A DNA stretch of 61,361 bases from positions 1-61,361 of the forward strand of contig CALXFD010000006.1 of assembly GCA_944387495.1 (NCBI GenBank), read 5' to 3'. The notes beneath the pieces were generated by a model. It was not told where the DNA came from and did not search any database. It worked only from the letters and a program-made list of their open reading frames with translations. Position 1 is the stretch's first letter; the number at the start of each line of letters is the position of its first letter. Origin of the DNA: an uncultured Clostridia bacterium (lineage in GTDB: Bacteria > Bacillota > Clostridia > TANB77 > CAG-508). Below, piece by piece: positions 52,802 through 61,361 of this stretch. A program made the translations under genes and the position numbers.

Positions 52802-52947
52802 ATCACCTCCTATACATATTTGTATTTTACAACATTTTACAGTTTTTGTCAATTAAAACTTTTCGACATTTATCTACATTATTTTTAATTATTCATTTTA
52901 ATTTTTTTTAATTATTTTTTTAATTATTTATTTTTAATTATTTTTTT

Positions 52948-53115
52948 ATTATTTATTTTTATTATTTATTTTTTATTATTTATTTTTTATTATTTATTTT
53001 TTATTATTTATTTTTTATTATTTATTTTTTATTATTTATTTTTATTATTTATTTTTATTATTTATTTTTATTATTTATTTTTTATTATTTATTTTTTATT
53101 ATTTATTTTTTATTA
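52948..53115. repeat. AT-only tandem repeat, unit ATTATTTATTTTT(T), ~12 copies
   Basis: Directly visible 13-14-bp units; similar array at ~51290-51400. Confidence 0.8.
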
Positions 53116-53194
53116 TTTTTTTATCTTTTATTATCTATTATTAATTTTTTATAATTTATATTCTTTTATTAATTTTAAATTTTTTTAATTTTTT

Positions 53195-53223
53195 GTATAT
53201 ATTTTTTTATTTTGTACATAATA
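53195..53223 (+). promoter_or_regulatory. Possible forespore sigma-G-type promoter
   Basis: GTATA-17 bp-CATAATA immediately upstream of the predicted structured RNA; AT-rich context weakens the match. Confidence 0.4.
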
Positions 53224-53226
53224 TTA

Positions 53227-53639
53227 TTGTAAGGTTAATAATAGTTGAGCAAAGAGTATTAATAGATTAATCTTAGTTTATTAATATTCGAGCAAAGATG
53301 TATATTGGTGTATTTAATATATTAATATATGTCGGCGATAAGAGTATATTATTTGTTTTTAAGCTGTGTGTCATTTTTTATTTAAATTTATTTCTTTAAT
53401 TTATTTTTATAATTTTTACATGGTTGAAAAAATATGTAATATATTCGAGCTAAGATTATTTTTGTATCAGATTGTGGCTGTTAGTAGTCCATTTTTGGAT
53501 GAATATGGTTACTAATGGTGTATCAATAGTCGAGTGACTGAGTAATATGTGTGGTTTAAAGCTTATTTATATAGTAATATATATTAGGTTTGAAAATTAT
53601 ATATATTATTCTGAACTAAGATTATTATTAGCTTTATAA
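53227..53639 (+). ncRNA. Candidate novel structured RNA with a six-way junction
   Basis: 20-bp closing stem (53227-53246 / 53620-53639) plus five hairpins (53254-53289, 53297-53333, 53342-53446, 53454-53531, 53540-53611) with many G-U pairs, separated by similar 7-8-nt linkers. Confidence 0.75.
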
Positions 53640-53640
53640 G

Positions 53641-53677
53641 TTAAAGGAGGAAAACAGTTTTTGTTTTCCTCCTTTAA
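53641..53677. terminator. Terminator hairpin after gyrB, also closing the candidate ncRNA
   Basis: TTAAAGGAGGAAAACA-gtttt-TGTTTTCCTCCTTTAA, 16-bp stem. Confidence 0.85.
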
Positions 53678-53679
53678 TA

Positions 53680-55608
53680 TTAAATATCTAAGTTCTTTAC
53701 ATATTTTGCATTTGCTTGAATAAATTCTCTTCTAGGTTCTACTTCATCTCCCATTAATAATGTAAAGATTTCATCTGCTTTAATAGCATCTTCCATTGTT
53801 ACTTTTACTAAAATTCTAGTTTCTGGATTCATTGTAGTATCCCATAATTGTTCTGGGTTCATTTCTCCTAAACCTTTATATCTTTGTAGTGATAATGTAT
53901 CTCTTGTAATTCCCTTTTCTTCCAATTCTTTATATGCTTTTTCTAAATCTTCATCAGTATAACAATATCTATCTTCCATTCCTTTTTTTGATAGTTTATA
54001 TAGAGGTGGTTGTGCTAAATAAACATTTCCATTTTCAATTAATGGTCTCATATAACGGAAAAAGAATGTTAATAATAATGTTCTAATGTGTGCTCCATCG
54101 ACATCAGCATCTGCCATGATTATAACTTTTCCATATCTTATTTTTGTTATATCAAAGTCTGCACCAATACCTGCACCAATAGCTACAATTACTGGATTTA
54201 ATTTGTCATTTCCATATATTTTATCTGCTCTTGCTTTTTCAACATTTAACATTTTTCCCCATAAAGGTAAAATTGCTTGGAATTTTCTATCTCTTCCTTG
54301 TTTTGCACTTCCTCCTGCTGAATCTCCTTCGACGATATATACTTCACATTCGTCTGCATTTTTGCTACTACAATCTGCTAATTTACCAGGTAAAGTAGAT
54401 GTCTCTAAGCTACTTTTCTTTCTTACTAATTCCCTAGCTTTTCTTGCTGCTTCTCTTGCTCTTGATGCACTTATACATTTTTCTAGTATAGCTTTTGCAA
54501 CTTGTGGATTTTCTTCTAAAAATGTTGATAAAGCTTCATTTACCATACTTTGAACTACACCTGTAACTTCACTATTACCTAATTTTGTTTTAGTTTGACC
54601 TTCAAATTGTGGTTCTTTTACTTTTACAGAAACAACGGCTGTTATTCCTTCTCTTATATCTTCACCTTGTAAATTGCTATCTTTTTCTTTTAAAATATTA
54701 TGACTTCTTGCATAATCATTAAATACTTTTGTTAAAGCTCTTTTAAATCCTTCAAGATGTGTTCCACCTTCTATTGTATTTATATTATTTACAAAAGTAT
54801 ATATATTTTCAGAATAACTTGATGTATATTGAATTGCTATTTCTACTGGTATTTCTCCTTCTTTTTCTATATATATAGGATTTTTATGTAATTTTTCTTT
54901 ATTTTTATTTAAAAATTCTACAAAAGAATTTAAACCACCTTCATAACAAAATTCTGCTTTTTTTGGAGTTTCTTCTCTCTGATCCTCGATTGTTATTTTT
55001 AAACCTTTTGTTAAGAATGCAATTTCTCTAAATCTTTTTTCTAATACTTCATATTCATACTCCAAAGTTTCGAAAATAGTATCATCTGCTAAAAATCTTA
55101 CTTTTGTTCCTGTCCCTTCTGCATCTCCAATTCTTTCAAGCTTTTTAACAGTTTTTCCTTTTTCAAAATACATTTGATAGATTCCGCCATCTCTTTTTAT
55201 TGTAACTTCTGCCCATGTAGATAAAGCATTTACAACAGAAGCACCAACTCCATGTAATCCTCCTGAAACTTTATATCCACTATCTCCACCAAATTTTCCT
55301 CCTGCATGTAGAACTGTATATACTGTTTCCGCAGTTGAAATATGAGTTTTTGGATGTATTTCTACTGGTATTCCTCTACCATTATCTGTAACAGAAATCA
55401 CATTACCTTTCTCAATAATAACATTTATTTCTGTACAATATCCAGCTAATGCCTCGTCAACTCCATTATCTACAATTTCATATACTAAATGATGAAGTCC
55501 TCTAATTGAAGTACTACCTATATACATACCTGGTCTTTTTCTTACGGCCTCTAATCCTTCCAATACTTGAATTTGTTCTGCTCCATATTCGTGTTTGTAT
55601 TTTTCCAT
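53680..55608 (-). CDS. gyrB: DNA gyrase subunit B
   Basis: [52 protein letters not shown]. Confidence 0.98.
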   Translation of the reverse strand: MEKYKHEYGAEQIQVLEGLEAVRKRPGMYIGSTSIRGLHHLVYEIVDNGVDEALAGYCTEINVIIEKGNVISVTDNGRGIPVEIHPKTHISTAETVYTVLHAGGKFGGDSGYKVSGGLHGVGASVVNALSTWAEVTIKRDGGIYQMYFEKGKTVKKLERIGDAEGTGTKVRFLADDTIFETLEYEYEVLEKRFREIAFLTKGLKITIEDQREETPKKAEFCYEGGLNSFVEFLNKNKEKLHKNPIYIEKEGEIPVEIAIQYTSSYSENIYTFVNNINTIEGGTHLEGFKRALTKVFNDYARSHNILKEKDSNLQGEDIREGITAVVSVKVKEPQFEGQTKTKLGNSEVTGVVQSMVNEALSTFLEENPQVAKAILEKCISASRAREAARKARELVRKKSSLETSTLPGKLADCSSKNADECEVYIVEGDSAGGSAKQGRDRKFQAILPLWGKMLNVEKARADKIYGNDKLNPVIVAIGAGIGADFDITKIRYGKVIIMADADVDGAHIRTLLLTFFFRYMRPLIENGNVYLAQPPLYKLSKKGMEDRYCYTDEDLEKAYKELEEKGITRDTLSLQRYKGLGEMNPEQLWDTTMNPETRILVKVTMEDAIKADEIFTLLMGDEVEPRREFIQANAKYVKNLDI

Positions 55609-55664
55609 TTGTATCCTCCTCTTTCTAATATATATGTATTTATTAAAATGTTCTATTCTACAAA

Positions 55665-56738
55665 TTAATCTTCCCTATATATTTTTCCATCTTTTACATT
55701 ATATATTAAAACTTTTTTATTTTCAAGTTTTATTTTATCTGTACAAGTAATAATAACTTGAATATTATCTATTCTTTCTAATAAATGTTTTCTTCTTTTT
55801 TCGTCTAACTCTGACATAAAATCATCTAATAATAAAATAGGATATTCTCCAATTTCATCATATATAATATTTAATTCACTAATTTTTAATGATAAAATAG
55901 CAGTTCTATGCTGACCTTGTGAACCATATATGCTTAATTCTTTTCCATTTATATATATATTAAAATCATCTCTATGTACACCCTTAGTTGTAAATCCTTT
56001 AATAATATCTAGTTTTCTTCTAGCTTGTAAAATTTTCTTAAAATTTTTTTTATCTATACAATCTGTTATATATTCAATTTCTATGTCTTCTTTATTATCT
56101 GTAATTTCACTATGAATATTTTTTATCTTTTTATTTATTTTATCTATAAAATCTTTTCTATATTTATAGATAATAAAAGCATATTCTGCTAATTTCTCAT
56201 CCCAAATTTCTAGTAAATTTTCATCTTTTTTTTCATCTCTAATTTGTCTAAGATAATTATTACGTTGTTCCAACGTTTTTAAATATAAAGTTAAATTATG
56301 CATATAATTTGGTTTTAATTGACTTATCATTATATCTAAAAATCTTCTTCTGTTTTGCGGAACTCCTTTTAAAATATTTATATCATCTGGTGTAAAAATT
56401 ACTACATTTATATTCCCTAATAATTCGCTTAATTTTTTTAATTTAATTCCATTTACAAAAACACTTTTTTTATTAAATAAATTTATTTTTACTTTTCCAT
56501 CTCTATCTTTTTTTTGATATTCAATTTCGACACTTGCATTTTCTGAATCTAAATTAATCATTTCTTTATCTTTACTTGCCCTAAAAGATTTTCCCATACT
56601 GCATAAAAAAATAGATTCAATTATATTAGTTTTACCTTGTGCATTTTCTCCATAAAAAATATTTATATTTTGAGCTAAATTAATTTCTTCGTTTTTGTAA
56701 TTCCTAAAATTGTTTATTTTTATTTTGTTTATCCACAT
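55665..56738 (-). CDS. recF: DNA replication/repair protein RecF
   Basis: [32 protein letters not shown]. Confidence 0.96.
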   Translation of the reverse strand: MWINKIKINNFRNYKNEEINLAQNINIFYGENAQGKTNIIESIFLCSMGKSFRASKDKEMINLDSENASVEIEYQKKDRDGKVKINLFNKKSVFVNGIKLKKLSELLGNINVVIFTPDDINILKGVPQNRRRFLDIMISQLKPNYMHNLTLYLKTLEQRNNYLRQIRDEKKDENLLEIWDEKLAEYAFIIYKYRKDFIDKINKKIKNIHSEITDNKEDIEIEYITDCIDKKNFKKILQARRKLDIIKGFTTKGVHRDDFNIYINGKELSIYGSQGQHRTAILSLKISELNIIYDEIGEYPILLLDDFMSELDEKRRKHLLERIDNIQVIITCTDKIKLENKKVLIYNVKDGKIYRED

Positions 56739-57838
56739 ATTATTCTCCACCTGTGTATAATTATTAATAGATTTTCTTCCTTTTCTTCTTTATTCTATAT
56801 TATATAAAAAATTTTTTCAATAATATTTATTATTTTTTATAATAAAATTATATTAATTTTATTTTTAATCCTCTTATTTTTCATTCTCGTAAGCCATTTT
56901 TTATTTTTATATTCAAAATTTATTAAATATATTTTTTAAAATTATTTTTCTTATCTTTATTTATAAAATATTTATTTTTCTTATTAATAAATATTTATTA
57001 ATTTTTTACAATTAATTATTATTTTTTTAATAATAATTTGCTTATTTAGTATATTTATTTTTTTATAATTAAAAGTTATTTTATAAATTACTTTTCATTT
57101 TTAATACTTAATTTATATTAATTTATTTATTTTTTCTACTAATAATTTTTATTTTTCTATTATTTTTTAATAATTTTTTATTTATTGAATTATTTTTTAA
57201 ATTTATTTTTTTATCATTTTTTGTCTTATTTTTTATTCTCGTTCGTTTAAATAATATTTTTATGTTTTTTTTAATAATTAATTAAATTATATTAATTTCA
57301 TTTTTTTCTCCTTTTATTTTTCATTTTTTGCCTTATTTTTTATTCTCGTTCGTTTAAATAATATTTTTATATTTTTTCTAATAATTAATTAAATTATATT
57401 AATTTTATTTTTTTCTCCTTTTATTTTTCATTTTTATTCGTCATTTTTTATAATAAAAATTAATAAATTCTAATTTTATTATAAATTATAAAAAATAAAA
57501 TACTTTACTATCTTTTTTTTACTAATTTTTACTAATTTATTCTATTTTATTCTATTTTATTCTATTTTTTTCTTTTTTTATTTAATAAATATTATTTATT
57601 TATCTGATTAATTTATTTATTTTTTTAATTATTTTATTTTTTTATTTTAATTAATCTATTTATTTTTTTAAATTAATCTATTTACAAAATTATTCATCCC
57701 AATTTTATTTAATTATTTTATTTCTATCTTTTATTTTTATAATTAAAGTTATCAACATACCCAAAAATATTTTTTATCTTTTTTTTTCTATTTTTTTCTA
57801 ATTTATTCTATTTTATTCTATTTTTTTCATTTTAATTA

Positions 57839-58022
57839 TTATCCACAGTTTATCCACAGTTTTAAAAATATGCTATTATCTCTCTTATTCTATTTTATTT
57901 GATTTTATTCTATTTTTTACTATTTTTTTCATTTTTCAGTTATCCACAACTTATCCACATTTTGTGGTAAATTCAAAATTCAAAAATAAACTTTCCACAA
58001 ACTTTTAATAAATTGTGGAAAG
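57839..58022. other. DnaA-box cluster downstream of dnaN
   Basis: Perfect TTATCCACA at 57839, 57850, 57940, 57951 plus near-consensus boxes near 57991 and 58014. Confidence 0.85.
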
Positions 58023-58107
58023 TTCTTTTTTATAATAGCACTATAAAAAACTAATACCCCATTTGTGTAAAATATATATTTTATACAAAAAAAGAATAAA
58101 GAAAACT

Positions 58108-59223
58108 TTATTCTTTTAATCTTATTGGTAAAATCATATACACATAATCTTTATTATCAACAGATTTTATTAAACATGGTGATATACTGCTTCCAAATTC
58201 TATATAAACTTCTTCATCATCGATTGCTTTTAAACTATCTAAGAAATATTTTGGATTAAATCCTGCCTCTAAGTTCTTACCTTCTGTTGATACATATAAT
58301 TCCTCTTTTGCATCTCCTGTTTGATTTGTACAAGAAATTAGTATTTTTCCTATATCAACTTGTACTTTTACAGGATATTTTTTCTCTTTTTCTACTGATG
58401 ATGCTGATATTAAACTAACTCTTTCAAAGCTATTTTGTATATTATTTTTATTTACTTTTATTCTTGTTTCCCAATTTGTAGGAATAACATTTTTATAATT
58501 TAAAAATTCTCCATCTAGTATTCTAGTAACTATCTTACAATTATCCATTTCAAATAATGCTTGGTTTTTAGAAACTCCTATTTTTACAGGTTCAAATGAA
58601 TCTGTCATTATTTTATTAACTTCTATTAATGTTTTTCCTGGTATTACTGCACTAAAATTATTGCTAGGTTTTGTTAAAAATATTGTTCTTAATGCTAATC
58701 TAAATCCATCAACTGCTACTAAACTTAATTTATTATTCTCTATTTCGAATAAACATCCTGTAAAAATTGGTCTACTTTCTTCTGTACTTGCTGCAAATAT
58801 TGTTCTTCTAATCATATTTTTTAATACATTTTGATCAAGTTCTATTGAATTTTCAACTTCTATTTTTGGTAATTCTGGAAATTCTTCTGGGTTCATTGTT
58901 GCTAATTTGTATAAAGAGCCTTCACATTCAATTTCTAATAAATTATTTTCATTTAATCTAATATTAATTTCAGTATCTGGTAATTTTCTTATAATTTCAC
59001 TAAACATTATAGCATTAACTACTGTACTACCTTGTTCTTGTACTTCACATTCCATTACATATTCTATACCAATTTCTAAATCATATGTTGTTAATTTTAT
59101 TTCATTATCATTTGTTTGAATAAGTATTCCTTCTAGTATAGGCATTGTAGTTTTAGATGCTACACCTTTTACTACGGAATTGATAGCTTTAAGGATTTTA
59201 TCCTTATAACAAATAAATTTCAT
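58108..59223 (-). CDS. dnaN: DNA polymerase III beta clamp
   Basis: PILEGILI, TYDLEIGI, AVDGFRLA, FNPKYFLD, ILPIR. Confidence 0.97.
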   Translation of the reverse strand: MKFICYKDKILKAINSVVKGVASKTTMPILEGILIQTNDNEIKLTTYDLEIGIEYVMECEVQEQGSTVVNAIMFSEIIRKLPDTEINIRLNENNLLEIECEGSLYKLATMNPEEFPELPKIEVENSIELDQNVLKNMIRRTIFAASTEESRPIFTGCLFEIENNKLSLVAVDGFRLALRTIFLTKPSNNFSAVIPGKTLIEVNKIMTDSFEPVKIGVSKNQALFEMDNCKIVTRILDGEFLNYKNVIPTNWETRIKVNKNNIQNSFERVSLISASSVEKEKKYPVKVQVDIGKILISCTNQTGDAKEELYVSTEGKNLEAGFNPKYFLDSLKAIDDEEVYIEFGSSISPCLIKSVDNKDYVYMILPIRLKE

Positions 59224-59267
59224 TTTGCTTCCTCCCTTATTTATTATAATATTAAATATAATTATTT

Positions 59268-59455
59268 TAGTAGTAATAGTATTAGGTGCTGTGGAAACTG
59301 TGGAAAACTATGTTGATAATTGAAATCCCTAACAAAATTACTGTGTATAACTTAGTGGATAACTTAAAAAGTTTTCCACAGTTTTAATTTTCATTTGTGT
59401 AAAGTTGAGATGTTCACAGTTTATTAACAGGTTATTCACATCAGGGTGTGGATAT
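59268..59455. other. oriC unwinding region: DnaA-trios plus DnaA boxes
   Basis: TAG TAG TAA TAG TAT TAG (59268-59285), short GC spacer, tandem TGTGGAAA boxes, further boxes (TGTGTATAA, TTATTCACA etc.) between dnaA and dnaN. Confidence 0.85.
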
Positions 59456-59555
59456 CTAATGCATTGCTTCCGTAAGTAAAGCTCGATTTACTTTTTTCAA
59501 AATTTTGTTTTTGCAAACACAAATTTTAAAAATTATAATTTTTTTTAGTAGTGTC

Positions 59556-60914
59556 TTATTGTTTACCATTTATGATTATGTTTTTCACACTATCCACAAT
59601 TAACTTTGTATTATTTTTTTCTTTTACTTCTTTTTCTATTTTTTTACAAGCATGCATAACAGTTGAATGGTCTCTTCCACCAAAGTCTACTCCTATCTGA
59701 GGAAAAGACATATTAGCAACCTCTCTGCATAAATACATTGCAATTTGTCTTGGAAAAGCAATATCATTTGAGCGTTTATTTCCTGCTAAATCATCTTTAT
59801 TAATACTAAAATATTTAGCAACAGTTTCTTTTATAAAATCACAAGAAATTACTTTTTCGCTTTCATATTTGAATTCATTAATAATATTTTCCGCTAATTC
59901 TATTGTTATAGGGCTATGTATTAAAGATGCTCTTGCAACAATTTTATTGAATACACCTTCTAATTCCCTTATGTTTGAATCAATTTTATTAGCAATATTA
60001 GATAAAATAATGTCATCAATCAAAATATTTTCATCTTGTGCCTTTTTTCTAAGGATTGCTAATCTTGTTTCATAATCTGGACAAGATATATCTGCAAGTA
60101 AGCCCCATTCGAATCTTGATTTTAGCCTATCTTCTAAGAATTGAATATCACGAGGTGGCTTATCACTAGAAATTATAATTTGTTTTCCTTCTTCATAAAG
60201 AGAATTAAAAGTGTGGAAAAACTCCTCTTGAATTCTCTCTTTTCCAGCTATAAATTGGATATCATCAATTAATAAAACATCAATATTTCTATATTTGTTT
60301 CTAAAAAGTTCATTTTTGTTATCTTTTATAGCATTAATAAGTTGGTTAGTAAATTTTTCAGAAGTTACATACAATACATTTTTATTTTGATTATTTTCTA
60401 AAATTCTATTACCTATTGCATGCATCAAGTGAGTTTTACCAAGACCAACACCACCATATAAAAATAGTGGATTATATGATTTTGCAGGGTCATTACCGAC
60501 TGCAAGAGCGGCTGCATGTGCAAACCTATTATTATTTCCAACTACGAAAGTTTCAAAAGTATATTTAGGGTTTAATGTAGATTTATTTGATTCAATCTCA
60601 GCAGAAGACGCAGTTGAAACATCTTTTATGATGTTTGCCTCTTCCCCATTTTCAGGGTTTTCCTTTGATAAATCAATAACAGAAAATGTCCAATCCTTAT
60701 TTGTAATATATCTTAAAGTATTAAAAATAAGGCTTTGATACTTATTTTCTATAAAATCTTTTTGAAACTCTGAAATAGTTGTGAAAACAATGTGGTCACC
60801 ATCAATACTTCTAATATCAAGTGGCATAATCCATGTGTCATAAGATATTTTAGTTACTTCTGGTTTTAGTAGCTCTTTTATTTTTGCAACTAATTCTTGC
60901 TTATCAATGGTCAT
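59556..60914 (-). CDS. dnaA: Chromosomal replication initiator DnaA
   Basis: LNPKYTFETFV, YNPLFLYGGVGLGKTHL, LLIDDIQF, RQIAMYL, GGRDHSTV. Confidence 0.98.
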   Translation of the reverse strand: MTIDKQELVAKIKELLKPEVTKISYDTWIMPLDIRSIDGDHIVFTTISEFQKDFIENKYQSLIFNTLRYITNKDWTFSVIDLSKENPENGEEANIIKDVSTASSAEIESNKSTLNPKYTFETFVVGNNNRFAHAAALAVGNDPAKSYNPLFLYGGVGLGKTHLMHAIGNRILENNQNKNVLYVTSEKFTNQLINAIKDNKNELFRNKYRNIDVLLIDDIQFIAGKERIQEEFFHTFNSLYEEGKQIIISSDKPPRDIQFLEDRLKSRFEWGLLADISCPDYETRLAILRKKAQDENILIDDIILSNIANKIDSNIRELEGVFNKIVARASLIHSPITIELAENIINEFKYESEKVISCDFIKETVAKYFSINKDDLAGNKRSNDIAFPRQIAMYLCREVANMSFPQIGVDFGGRDHSTVMHACKKIEKEVKEKNNTKLIVDSVKNIIINGKQ

Positions 60915-60941
60915 TTTATTAAATCATCCTTTCATATAAAG

Positions 60942-61153
60942 TTATCCACAAAGTTATCCACAGTTGTTGATAAGTTTGTAATATTTCTGTAAAAAACATA
61001 TAAAAAATTACGAACAAAAATTTAAGTATTTTCCAATAAAAATTCATATTTTTTTGTACTTTCCTATAATAACAAATTTATATAAAATAAGTCAATATAT
61101 ATTGTGGAAAATTTTTAAAAACTGTGGAAAACTTTTTAAAAACCTGTGGATAA
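60942..61153. promoter_or_regulatory. DnaA-box cluster upstream of dnaA
   Basis: TTATCCACA at 60942 and 60954, TGTGGATAA at 61145, TGTGGAAAA near 61103 and 61123. Confidence 0.85.
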
Positions 61154-61361
61154 GTCGACATTTATTACAATATTATTACAAAAAAATTAAAAAATCTACT
61201 AAAAATTTGTTCTTTTTTCAAAATAATTAAAAAAAATACTTTAAATTACGATTTTTTTGATTTAAAATAATTTTTTTTAATCATAACCGAAAATTTCATT
61301 TGAAATGCAACAAAAATTCAAGAAAAAAGTAAATGAACAGTAGACAGGAGTAAGCAAAACT

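Noticed and set aside
52948..53115. Tandem repeats as a possible CRISPR array
   Set aside because: No unique spacers, AT-only units, no cas genes.
53247..53619. Repeated GAGCWAAGA motifs as CRISPR repeats
   Set aside because: Repeats are only 7-10 nt, spacing is irregular and the intervening segments are self-complementary hairpins; better explained as a multibranch RNA.

Overview
Very AT-rich chromosomal window from a low-GC Clostridia-type (Bacillota) bacterium, ending at the replication origin (dnaA-dnaN-recF-gyrB...gyrA, DnaA boxes, DnaA-trios). Main observations: (1) four otherwise intact genes (REC/HD-GYP regulator, tex, a GT-C-like membrane protein, the DnaC/DnaI-type helicase loader) are broken at five sites, each exactly at an in-frame CGG; dropping the C restores a Gly codon and the full protein, including the Walker A Gly of the loader. 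This suggests systematic +1 recoding at CGG, though a sequencing artefact is not excluded. (2) A candidate unannotated ~410-nt RNA with a six-way junction (closing stem plus five G-U-rich hairpins joined by GAGCWAA-like linkers) lies next to gyrB. (3) A complete diversity-generating retroelement (RT, Avd, MutS-I-like accessory gene, TR/VR pair with 22 of 22 mismatches at TR adenines) targets a type IV pilin-like protein. (4) An acyl-CoA ligase / single-module C-A-T-R NRPS / sensor kinase / REC-HD-GYP cluster resembles the logic of rpf (DSF) signalling. (5) VirD4/VirB2/VirB6/PrgI/VirB4-like genes sit among core replication genes with no relaxase or integrase visible. Also present: 4 tRNAs, housekeeping genes, a 243-bp palindrome and long AT-rich repetitive spacers. 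All family assignments come from manual motif recognition, not database searches.
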